From NCBI GenBank assembly GCA_004293905.1, contig RDZE01000021.1, positions 28,769-92,768 of the forward strand: a stretch of 64,000 nt of DNA, given 5' to 3'. Under the pieces are notes generated by a model, which had not been told where the DNA came from, did no database searches, and was given only the letters and a program-made list of their open reading frames with translations. Made by a program: the position numbers and the translations under genes. The DNA comes from Cytophagales bacterium (GTDB taxonomy: Bacteria; Bacteroidota; Bacteroidia; Cytophagales; Microscillaceae). Below, one piece after another: positions 36,301 to 43,132 of this stretch (position 1 is the first letter of the stretch; the number at the start of each line of letters is the position of its first letter).

Positions 36301-36907
36301 TGGAAAAATATTTTTCTTTTTTATTTTGAGAGTTGTATACCCCTGTAAAAATAATAGAATCGCCTGCTGAAGTAATGGGGTCGCCTTCTTCATTGAGGTA
36401 GTAATCTTTGATTTTACGGGCACTAAGGTCTGTATTTTTATCTGTTTTGAATATTATTTTTCCTTCTTTATCGGTGAGGTATATATTCTTGATTTGGTAG
36501 AAGTTGCTTTGTAATGCTTTGAGTAGGTCGTATACTTCGTTATCGTTTTTGTAGATGATGTTGTTGGTTTCTATGTTGTTTTGTGTAGTGTCGTTTTGTT
36601 TTTGTAAGGAATCTTTTTTGAGTGTTATATTATTATTATCATTGTTAATGAGTAATTCTTTTTGTAGTTTTTCACGAACGGCTTTTAGATTGGAAGAGAA
36701 TCGTAGGTTTTCTTTGAGTTTATCAAGGAAGATGTCTATTTTCTGTGATTTTAATTTGGCAATCACATTGACTGACTCAAGATAACGCTCTTCTATGGAG
36801 CTTTCGCTGAGTTGATAAGCAATAAAACTCACAGATACTGTTGATATGAGTACTATGAATATAACCAGTAAGGTAATTTTTGTGCTTATTTTTATTTTTT
36901 GGAGCAT
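33347..36907 (-). CDS. Membrane sensor Ser/Thr phosphatase: TM - Cache-like ectodomain - TM - HAMP - GAF - coiled coil - PAS - PAS - PP2C/SpoIIE (SiaA-like)
   Basis: 1186 aa. TM helices at aa ~11-32 and ~335-356. HAMP aa ~357-410. GAF aa ~455-612 (AVQGAFY, FAEGLIGQAV, VLGVLEFAGF). PAS ends NSRDITERR and VSHDITERK. PP2C blocks SGDFPWFF, AAVDCTGHGVPGAL, DGMDIALC and SSDGYGDQFGG. Confidence 0.85.
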   Translation of the reverse strand: MLQKIKISTKITLLVIFIVLISTVSVSFIAYQLSESSIEERYLESVNVIAKLKSQKIDIFLDKLKENLRFSSNLKAVREKLQKELLINNDNNNITLKKDSLQKQNDTTQNNIETNNIIYKNDNEVYDLLKALQSNFYQIKNIYLTDKEGKIIFKTDKNTDLSARKIKDYYLNEEGDPITSAGDSIIFTGVYNSQNKKEKYFSIYAPVIDKTRQILGLIVYEVTMDYIYEIASDTLGLGKTGEILLIKRYGNKITYLNPLKEDKDAALKKYAVVGESEFLDKAVRGYGYETYTTGTDYRGEQVLATWRFIPEVNWGVIVKVDNNEIYAPSYRLRNVFFIAGAVVIIISVIIGVIFSRILIEPLQSLKDTIELLSQGVLPKELEQSTADEFGEMSQLLNELVTNLKNTAEFAHKIGEGDFNAQFHPSSENDALAIALLTMRNSIQQAAKKDEERNWIVVGRAEIGDILRERNNIESLGEAVVEYICRKINAVQGAFYTLNSIEQDAQDVLIEMNASYAYNKRKYIKAQFRFAEGLIGQAVAEQDTILRTEIPDEYITITSGLLGDRKPTALLITPLITLVDREEKVLGVLEFAGFEKFSSRDVRFVEEVSEIIARTVFNIKVQERTQKLLDESQEMSRSLQYQQQILTQNAEEMESTQETLKLTNIRLEAEVEKVQIANAKTAILLENSSEIITIYKETGEIREISPSVEKILGYTVEDMIGIQDLKYMNAEGQQAFKTMFATLIAEPYKKVTIQINYKSKIAGRVWLEATGTNLLNDPAIQGIVVNSRDITERRLAEKEARMRGQMQALSENSPDLITRLSTDGTIFYINPTIERLTNIRKEEYIRKRIDDIILDGRIIKRWKEIIDDIVEKKEKVSLEMDFPITDKEKHIMQVNAIPEYSETQAIESILLVSHDITERKLIELAVQQTNRRITESINYAKRIQEAILPSASFLKNYLPDSFILYKPRDVVSGDFPWFFKKDDDIYLAAVDCTGHGVPGALISIIGFFTINNVLNSGKAIHPSDVLNLLDVEMAKTLKQDSPEAVTKDGMDIALCKINLQENTLEYAGAHRPMFFFKNNGTEIEEVKGDKMPVGGGGEHYKKKDGFTNHIIQIEKGDSFYISSDGYGDQFGGADNKKFSPRKMREVILDGIKKGKFDQMHNILDDAFESWKGETKQTDDILVIGAKF

Positions 36908-36983
36908 GGTATTCTGTTCCTTTTTTGATTTTATGATGGGTGTCTTTTTATTTTATATTCCAAACTTCGTGCAAAAATTTACA

Positions 36984-37805
36984 CTAAGATAATAATTTAT
37001 GTTCGTTTTTTAAAAATTCTTCTGCAATGAGGCTGGCTAATTCTTCTAATATTTGTTTTTGAGTTTCATTTATTTGTTTAAAATAAGCTAATTCCACTAC
37101 TCCTACAATTTGTTTTTCCATAGTTTGTATAGGTATGATTTGTAGTGTTTTGGGCTGTGATTTCCCTAAGCCTGATACAATATCGATATACCCTTCGGGT
37201 AAATTATTGATTTCTATGGCATTGCCTGTTTTGACTACTTGTCCTAATAGCCCTTCACCTGCTTGAAAGCTTGTTTTTTGACTATCATTGGTAAAATAGG
37301 CATAGTTGGCTACCATTGAGAAAGTGTCTTGTGATTCATTTCGGAGGTAGATAGCTCCTTGTACAGCTTCAGTATGGTTACAAACTTTCCAAAGTATTTT
37401 TTCTAATTTTGTTTGTTCGTTTTCGTTTGTAAGTTGAATGTCTTTGATAAGTGGTTCTAATAGGTTTGTATTTTGATGACTTCCATTGTTTTGGTTTTCA
37501 TTTTGGTTATTGCTTTGTGCATTATTCGAGGAAATATATCTATCTACATACACCAATTTGATGCGTCCTCTTCTGCTTACTAATAATAATAGTATAGCCA
37601 ACAGTGCTAAGGCAGCTTGTACTCCTGAGATGAGGAAGAGATTGAAGGTTACTTCGTTGAAATAGGCTATATTTTCAGCATTTTTTCTCAAATTGAGTTG
37701 TTCTGCCAATTGGCTATGCCATTGGTAGAGTTGGTAGATGCTAAAAAAAGTACCTAATATAAATAATAGTACTGCTAAGGTACTGATGAAACTAATCCTT
37801 TTCAT
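36984..37805 (-). CDS. Two-TM membrane protein with Asn/Gln-rich linker and cytoplasmic GAF domain
   Basis: 273 aa. TM helices at aa ~5-27 and ~55-77. Linker SSNNAQSNNQNENQNNGSHQNTN. GAF blocks AVQGAIYL, NYAY, AGEGLLGQVV, LPEGY and IVGVVELAYF are paralogous to the GAF of the 1186-aa phosphatase. ATGA overlap with cheB. Confidence 0.75.
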   Translation of the reverse strand: MKRISFISTLAVLLFILGTFFSIYQLYQWHSQLAEQLNLRKNAENIAYFNEVTFNLFLISGVQAALALLAILLLLVSRRGRIKLVYVDRYISSNNAQSNNQNENQNNGSHQNTNLLEPLIKDIQLTNENEQTKLEKILWKVCNHTEAVQGAIYLRNESQDTFSMVANYAYFTNDSQKTSFQAGEGLLGQVVKTGNAIEINNLPEGYIDIVSGLGKSQPKTLQIIPIQTMEKQIVGVVELAYFKQINETQKQILEELASLIAEEFLKNEHKLLS

Positions 37806-38419
37806 TTCTTTTTTTTGATTTTTTGGTCGATGTACAACAATAAATCAATGATTTTATCTACGCTGAGTGTGTGGTTGATTTTGGTGATTTTCAATGCAGA
37901 AGTAGGCATTGTATCTATTAAACATTCGGCGGGGTCTTGCACTACGGTAAGAGCTCCTTTTTCGCTGGCAGCTTTCATGCCCAATGCGCCATCTTTGTTA
38001 GCTCCTGAAAGAAGTATAGCAATGAGTTTATGGCGGTAATTATGGGCGGCTGTTTGAATCATATAATCTATAGCGGGTCTTGAATTATTGAAAAGTTCTT
38101 CTGTAGAGAGGGCAAAAGTATTGCCAAGTTCTACGCATAGATGATAATTGGCTGGTGCTAAGTAGATTTTTCCTTTTTTGATGGGTTCTTTGTCTGTGGG
38201 TTCTTCTATATTGATAGTACTTTTTATGTTGAGTGCTTCAGTGAACCCATTGCGTACATGTCTTAATCTGTGTAGGCACATCATGATAGGGAGCTCAAAA
38301 TCGGTAGGTAAGCTACTAAGTATTTTCGTAACTACTTGGAAACTACCAGCCGAGCCGCCTATAGCAATGGCTTTATAAGGGAGTGATTCGTCTATTTCGT
38401 ATTTTTGTGATGCGCTCAT
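37802..38419 (-). CDS. cheB: Protein-glutamate methylesterase, CheB catalytic domain only (no receiver domain)
   Basis: 205 aa. AIGGSAGSFQ (Ser nucleophile block), CLHRL (His) and LSGANKDGALG (Asp block). There is no N-terminal REC. Confidence 0.8.
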   Translation of the reverse strand: MSASQKYEIDESLPYKAIAIGGSAGSFQVVTKILSSLPTDFELPIMMCLHRLRHVRNGFTEALNIKSTINIEEPTDKEPIKKGKIYLAPANYHLCVELGNTFALSTEELFNNSRPAIDYMIQTAAHNYRHKLIAILLSGANKDGALGMKAASEKGALTVVQDPAECLIDTMPTSALKITKINHTLSVDKIIDLLLYIDQKIKKKK

Positions 38420-38422
38420 AGC

Positions 38423-39253
38423 TTAGTCTTTGACCTTTTTATAAATTTTCTCTTCATTGTTTACTACTACAAATTTATTGGCTATTTCGCACCAAATAAG
38501 TGATTCTTTTGAACCTACTGCTAAATAACAATATTTATGAAGGCTCTCATGGAAAGTTTTTAAGACAGTATTCTGTAATTGTTGATTGAAATAAATCATT
38601 ACATTTCGGCATAATATGAGGTCAAATTTAGCAAAACTTCCTCCACTGACCAAATTATGCTCGCGCCATTCTACATTTTTGACCAATTCTTTGTCCATAA
38701 TTGCTTTTCCTGCCTCTTCTTTATAATATTTTTGCAGTAAAAAACTACCTTCATATCTTTCATAGTTTTTTTGGTTTACTTCCATATTCTTAATGGGGTA
38801 TTTTCCTTCGCGTGCTTTGGCTAAGATGGCATTGTCAACATCTGAGGCAACTATTTTGGCTTTACCGAGTAGGTTCATTTCTGTAAGAAGAATAGCCATA
38901 GAGAAAACTTCTTCTCCGGAGGAACAGCCCGCATGCCAAATATTGATTTCGCGGTCGTTTAGGAGTAAATTGGGAATAATGCTTTCTTTGAGTTCGCGCC
39001 AAAAAGTGGGGTCTCTGAACATTTCAGTAACATTGACGGTGATTTCAGAAAGAAATTCTTGAAAAAATTTGTGGTCTGCGTCATTTAGGCGGTCTATGAG
39101 TGCATCGATAGAGGCATATTTGTATATCTCGATAACTCTTTGGATACGTCTTTTAAAAGAAGACATGGCATAATTGCCGAAATCAAAATCAAATCGTTTT
39201 TGAATGATGTCAGTAATTTTTTTTAGTTGCGCTAATTCAATTTCCTGTTGCAT
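38423..39253 (-). CDS. cheR: CheR-type protein-glutamate O-methyltransferase
   Basis: 276 aa. FRDPTFW, IWHAGCSSGEEVFSMAILL and FDLILCRNVMIYFN are hallmark CheR blocks. 3-nt gap to cheB. Confidence 0.85.
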   Translation of the reverse strand: MQQEIELAQLKKITDIIQKRFDFDFGNYAMSSFKRRIQRVIEIYKYASIDALIDRLNDADHKFFQEFLSEITVNVTEMFRDPTFWRELKESIIPNLLLNDREINIWHAGCSSGEEVFSMAILLTEMNLLGKAKIVASDVDNAILAKAREGKYPIKNMEVNQKNYERYEGSFLLQKYYKEEAGKAIMDKELVKNVEWREHNLVSGGSFAKFDLILCRNVMIYFNQQLQNTVLKTFHESLHKYCYLAVGSKESLIWCEIANKFVVVNNEEKIYKKVKD

Positions 39254-39286
39254 AAAATACTGGGTTTATGGTGAAATTTGGATATA

Positions 39287-42124
39287 CTAACCTGCTCCTT
39301 CTTTTTGTTGAGGAGGTCCTTGTGCATCTTTTGCTTTTACTAATATTTCGCCTTTTATAGGTTCTCGGCGCATAATGATACGGCGGAAGAGCAACTCAAG
39401 TGGTGCTAATGAAATGGCTAAAATGATGTTCATTCCTAATTTGAAAAAAGAAATACCACCTGTAAAGGCTTCTACATAAGGCTCAAAAACGAGGAAGAGA
39501 AACTCAAACATGGTGATAATGGTAACCATTGATATCACATAGGCGATTCTTGAGGTAAGTTTGGTTTTGGCAATACGTGAGAGGGCTATAGAGAGTGCCA
39601 TCAGTAAGGCAAAAAATGCGCTTTGTAGGGCATAAAACCAAGTGGTTTCCCAAAAAGGAGGGTTTATTTTGAAAGTAAAGACTTGTTCTTGACTGGGCTG
39701 TCCGAAGATGTTTTTGGCTCTTACGTGGAATTTGTATTCGCCACTTGGCAAAAATGGAAAAGAGATAATGGCTTGTCTTTCCCAACTTGACCATTCATAT
39801 TTTTTCTTGTCGTTGAGTCCTTCAAGCCAATATTGGTATTCCGTTGCAAATTCGTTTCGGAAGAAGGGGGCAGCTATTTGGAAGGTAAAACTGAGGGCAT
39901 TGTCGCCATAGTCCAATACTAAATCTTGTAATGGAAGAAGAATTCCTTGTTTATTCTTGACTGTTCTGATGAAGATATTGAATTTTTCTCTAAGGTCTAT
40001 TTGTGCGTTGGCATCTATACGATGTAAATGACCATTGTTTACTACCCATATATATCCTTTTTTATCGATATGAATTTCTTGTACCTCATCAAAAAGGGAA
40101 AAGAAAGCCATTTTTGAGGCGTAGTTATTGGTAGTTTGGCTTATGTTTTGCCAGTTTCCTGTGGCATTGCTCCAAGTGAAAGCATCTTGCGAGAAAATAA
40201 GCCTTGCTTTGCTGTGGTAGTATTTTTGAAATTCAGGGTCTTTGACTAATTTTTTATTTTGAAAATCAAAAATGAACACACCATTAGAGAGAAAAAAAGT
40301 TATTTTATTGTTAATAAGTCTTACAGCTATGTTTTCAGAGTAGCTTTCAGGAAAATCATACATTTGGTATTCGGCAAATTTTCCATCAGGTTTTAATTTT
40401 ATAGCCACGGCTTTGTTCTCAGCCCCTAACCATAAACCACCTTGGTATTCTAAAATGGAATATACGTTTTCGTCTAAGTTTTTAAGTTGGTCTGTTTGTT
40501 TCCAAGCGCCATTGACAAATTCTAAAAAATAAATACCTTTGTTAGTGCCTACATATATTCGGTTAGATTGTATGCGAGAAACGATGATGTAGTGAATATA
40601 AGTATCTTGAATGAGGGTATTGCCTACAAATCCGCCTTTTCCTGCTACTACTTCATAGAGTCCTGTATTGGCGGCTACTAATACACGATCGCGGAAAGTT
40701 ACCATTTGTTTGCATTTTCCATTTATGTTATCTACTTGTTTGTAAATAAATGGAATAGATTCTAAGGCATAGGCTTTCCTGCCTTCGGCAGTGCTTCGGT
40801 GTTGTATGGCTTTTTCAGTAGTACTGATAACACGAGTAGGAACTTCTTCTAAGAGAGAACTTTCTTTGGTTTTTATTTTTCTTTTGAGGTCTTTATGCCC
40901 TTCTACGGAGTGTGTATAAGTTCGTATGTTGTTTTTTTCTTTGGGTTCTGTAATCTGCACTATTCTTGTTACGGTTTCTACAGTTTTCAGAAATTTTGCT
41001 TCTTTTTTGATATAACCCTCTACTTCCTCAAATCGGTTAACCTTTACGAGATAGAAAACACCTTGACTTGTACTTACAAAAGTGGTATCTCCTAAATGTG
41101 CTACGGAGGTTACGTTGCCATCAATACCTGCATAAGAAGAGAAAGTGCGTACAGGCAGTTTTAGGTCAGCACGTGTGATGCCTTTGTCATGTGTAAGCCA
41201 AAGTCCCCCTTCACGATCGATGCACATGGCAAATACTTCATCATCAGGAAGTCCTGTTTGATAATTGATTATCTTTTGTGTTTTACCTGTTTTCTTTTCT
41301 ACCATAATAGCCCCTCCAGTAACTAAGGCAGTAATGAAACTATTTTCATTGACATCCATACTAAAGTTAAGAATATTACCTTTTAGGTATTCTTCGGCTA
41401 CTAAAAAAAATAAAGAAAACTCTTTTCCATCAAAGAGGTAGTGCCAATCGTTATTAGCCCCAAACATTATGTTGTCTTTGTCATAATTGCAAAAGGGTTT
41501 AAGTTCTAAATATTTAAAATAGTCCCCCTCTTCTACTAATACGAATTGTTTGCCTTGCATTCTATGCAGCCCTTGGTCGGGAAGGTTGAGGTATGGGGTA
41601 TCTTTATGGAGTAAAAAACCTGTGAATTTGGTTCCTGCTACGGGCGGATACCAAACTTCTTCTGTCTTCAGGGTGGTTCTATTTACTTTTATTAAGGCTC
41701 TTTCACTATAGAAGTAAACATGATTTTGGGCTATGACAATTTGCTTGATTTGCCCAAATGCTTTGCTGGGCTCAGTAATGGACACATACTCTTCTTGTCC
41801 AAATCGATTGTAACGGATATAACCGAAGTTATCGCGGCATCCTACATAAATTCTTCCGTTTTGACTGTCTTTGGCAAAGCTATAAGGAGTAGTACGTGTG
41901 GCAATTACGCCCCAAGCAACACCATCATAAGTAAGTATCCCTTTAGTATTAGCAAAATACATAATACCATTGTTTCCTTGTACAATGGCTAAATTTTGGT
42001 TGTCGATGTTAGAGAGTGGTATTTTATAGTTTTGCAAAAATATATCTCCCTCTTGTGCATAAACATTGTTCCAAGCAAGGAAATATATACAAAACAACAC
42101 TACCCGAGTATAATTTTTCAGCAT
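39287..42124 (-). CDS. Orphan extracytoplasmic sensor: signal peptide + two-component-regulator beta-propeller repeats + Y_Y_Y-like domain + 3 TM helices, no output domain
   Basis: 945 aa. Signal peptide VVLFCIYFLAWNNVYAQ. Repeated G-x-W-hydrophobic-G/T propeller strands (GLWLTHDKGI, GGLWLGAENK, GYIWVVNNGHL). Y_Y_Y-like FATEYQYWLEG...SGEYKFHVRAKN. TM helices lie within aa ~828-912, followed by only a ~35-aa tail. Confidence 0.7.
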   Translation of the reverse strand: MLKNYTRVVLFCIYFLAWNNVYAQEGDIFLQNYKIPLSNIDNQNLAIVQGNNGIMYFANTKGILTYDGVAWGVIATRTTPYSFAKDSQNGRIYVGCRDNFGYIRYNRFGQEEYVSITEPSKAFGQIKQIVIAQNHVYFYSERALIKVNRTTLKTEEVWYPPVAGTKFTGFLLHKDTPYLNLPDQGLHRMQGKQFVLVEEGDYFKYLELKPFCNYDKDNIMFGANNDWHYLFDGKEFSLFFLVAEEYLKGNILNFSMDVNENSFITALVTGGAIMVEKKTGKTQKIINYQTGLPDDEVFAMCIDREGGLWLTHDKGITRADLKLPVRTFSSYAGIDGNVTSVAHLGDTTFVSTSQGVFYLVKVNRFEEVEGYIKKEAKFLKTVETVTRIVQITEPKEKNNIRTYTHSVEGHKDLKRKIKTKESSLLEEVPTRVISTTEKAIQHRSTAEGRKAYALESIPFIYKQVDNINGKCKQMVTFRDRVLVAANTGLYEVVAGKGGFVGNTLIQDTYIHYIIVSRIQSNRIYVGTNKGIYFLEFVNGAWKQTDQLKNLDENVYSILEYQGGLWLGAENKAVAIKLKPDGKFAEYQMYDFPESYSENIAVRLINNKITFFLSNGVFIFDFQNKKLVKDPEFQKYYHSKARLIFSQDAFTWSNATGNWQNISQTTNNYASKMAFFSLFDEVQEIHIDKKGYIWVVNNGHLHRIDANAQIDLREKFNIFIRTVKNKQGILLPLQDLVLDYGDNALSFTFQIAAPFFRNEFATEYQYWLEGLNDKKKYEWSSWERQAIISFPFLPSGEYKFHVRAKNIFGQPSQEQVFTFKINPPFWETTWFYALQSAFFALLMALSIALSRIAKTKLTSRIAYVISMVTIITMFEFLFLVFEPYVEAFTGGISFFKLGMNIILAISLAPLELLFRRIIMRREPIKGEILVKAKDAQGPPQQKEGAG

Positions 42125-42236
42125 AGATGAAAAAGTTTTTTTTCTTTTCTCAAAAGAGAAGTTTCAAATTCAATGCCTAAATTATGAATTTATGGCTAAA
42201 ACTTAGCGTAATATAGGGAAAAATATTACATAGGAG

Positions 42237-42270
42237 GCGCAACATCTCTATAAAGTTAAGAGGGTTGCGC
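42237..42270 (-). terminator. Possible terminator hairpin after fabG
   Basis: gcgcaac (42237..42243) / gttgcgc (42264..42270), with inner ctct/agag pairing. No clean T-run follows on the minus strand. Confidence 0.35.
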
Positions 42271-42292
42271 TCTACTGTATGGTTTTGTTTTT

Positions 42293-43033
42293 TTAGGTAA
42301 GCATTCCTCCGTCTACTTGAATGACTTGCCCTGTGATGTATTTTGCCATGTCAGAGCCTAAAAATACAGCGCAGTCCGCTACTTCGTCGGCGGTGCCACC
42401 TCTTTGTAGGGGTATATTTTTCAACCATTCTTCTTTATTGCTTAGTTCAGAAGTCATTTCAGTTTCTATGAACCCAGGAGCTATGGCGTTGGAACGTATG
42501 TTGCGTGAGCCTAACTCTAAGGCTACTGACTTTGTAAAACCTATGATACCAGCTTTGGAGGCAGCATAATTGGCTTGCCCTGCATTTCCTCTGATACCTA
42601 CTACAGAAGTGAGATTGATGATGGAGCCATTTTTTTGCTTCATCATTTGACGTATAGCGGCTTTTGTGAGGTTAAAGACTGACTTTAAGTTAGTAGTCAT
42701 GATGCTATCCCATTGTTCTTCACTCATACGCATCAGGAGGTTATCTTTAGTAATGCCTGCATTGTTGATAAGTATATCTAAACCGCCAAAGTCTGCTATT
42801 ACTTGTGTGATGAGGTTTTCGGCTTCTTTAAAATCAGAAGCATCTGAACGGTAGCCTTTTGCTTTTACGCCCAAAGCCTGTAGCTCTTGTTCTAAGACTT
42901 GCCCTTTTTCTACACTTGATAGGTAAGTAAAGGCTACTTCCGCGCCTTGTGCAGCAAAACGCAATGCGATTGCGCGCCCTATTCCTTTTGATGCGCCAGT
43001 AATGAGTGTTTTCTTGCCTTCTAAAAGTTTCAT
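42293..43033 (-). CDS. fabG: 3-oxoacyl-[acyl-carrier-protein] reductase
   Basis: 246 aa. ITGASKGIGRAIA, NNAGIT, YAASKAG and a C-terminus GQVIQVDGGM. Confidence 0.9.
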   Translation of the reverse strand: MKLLEGKKTLITGASKGIGRAIALRFAAQGAEVAFTYLSSVEKGQVLEQELQALGVKAKGYRSDASDFKEAENLITQVIADFGGLDILINNAGITKDNLLMRMSEEQWDSIMTTNLKSVFNLTKAAIRQMMKQKNGSIINLTSVVGIRGNAGQANYAASKAGIIGFTKSVALELGSRNIRSNAIAPGFIETEMTSELSNKEEWLKNIPLQRGGTADEVADCAVFLGSDMAKYITGQVIQVDGGMLT

Positions 43034-43132
43034 ATTCAGTAAATTGTATATTTATGATACCATTGAATTGATGTGATATGGTTTCAAATAAACATAAAAA
43101 AGCTGAATATAGAACTATGAACTGTACAAAAA

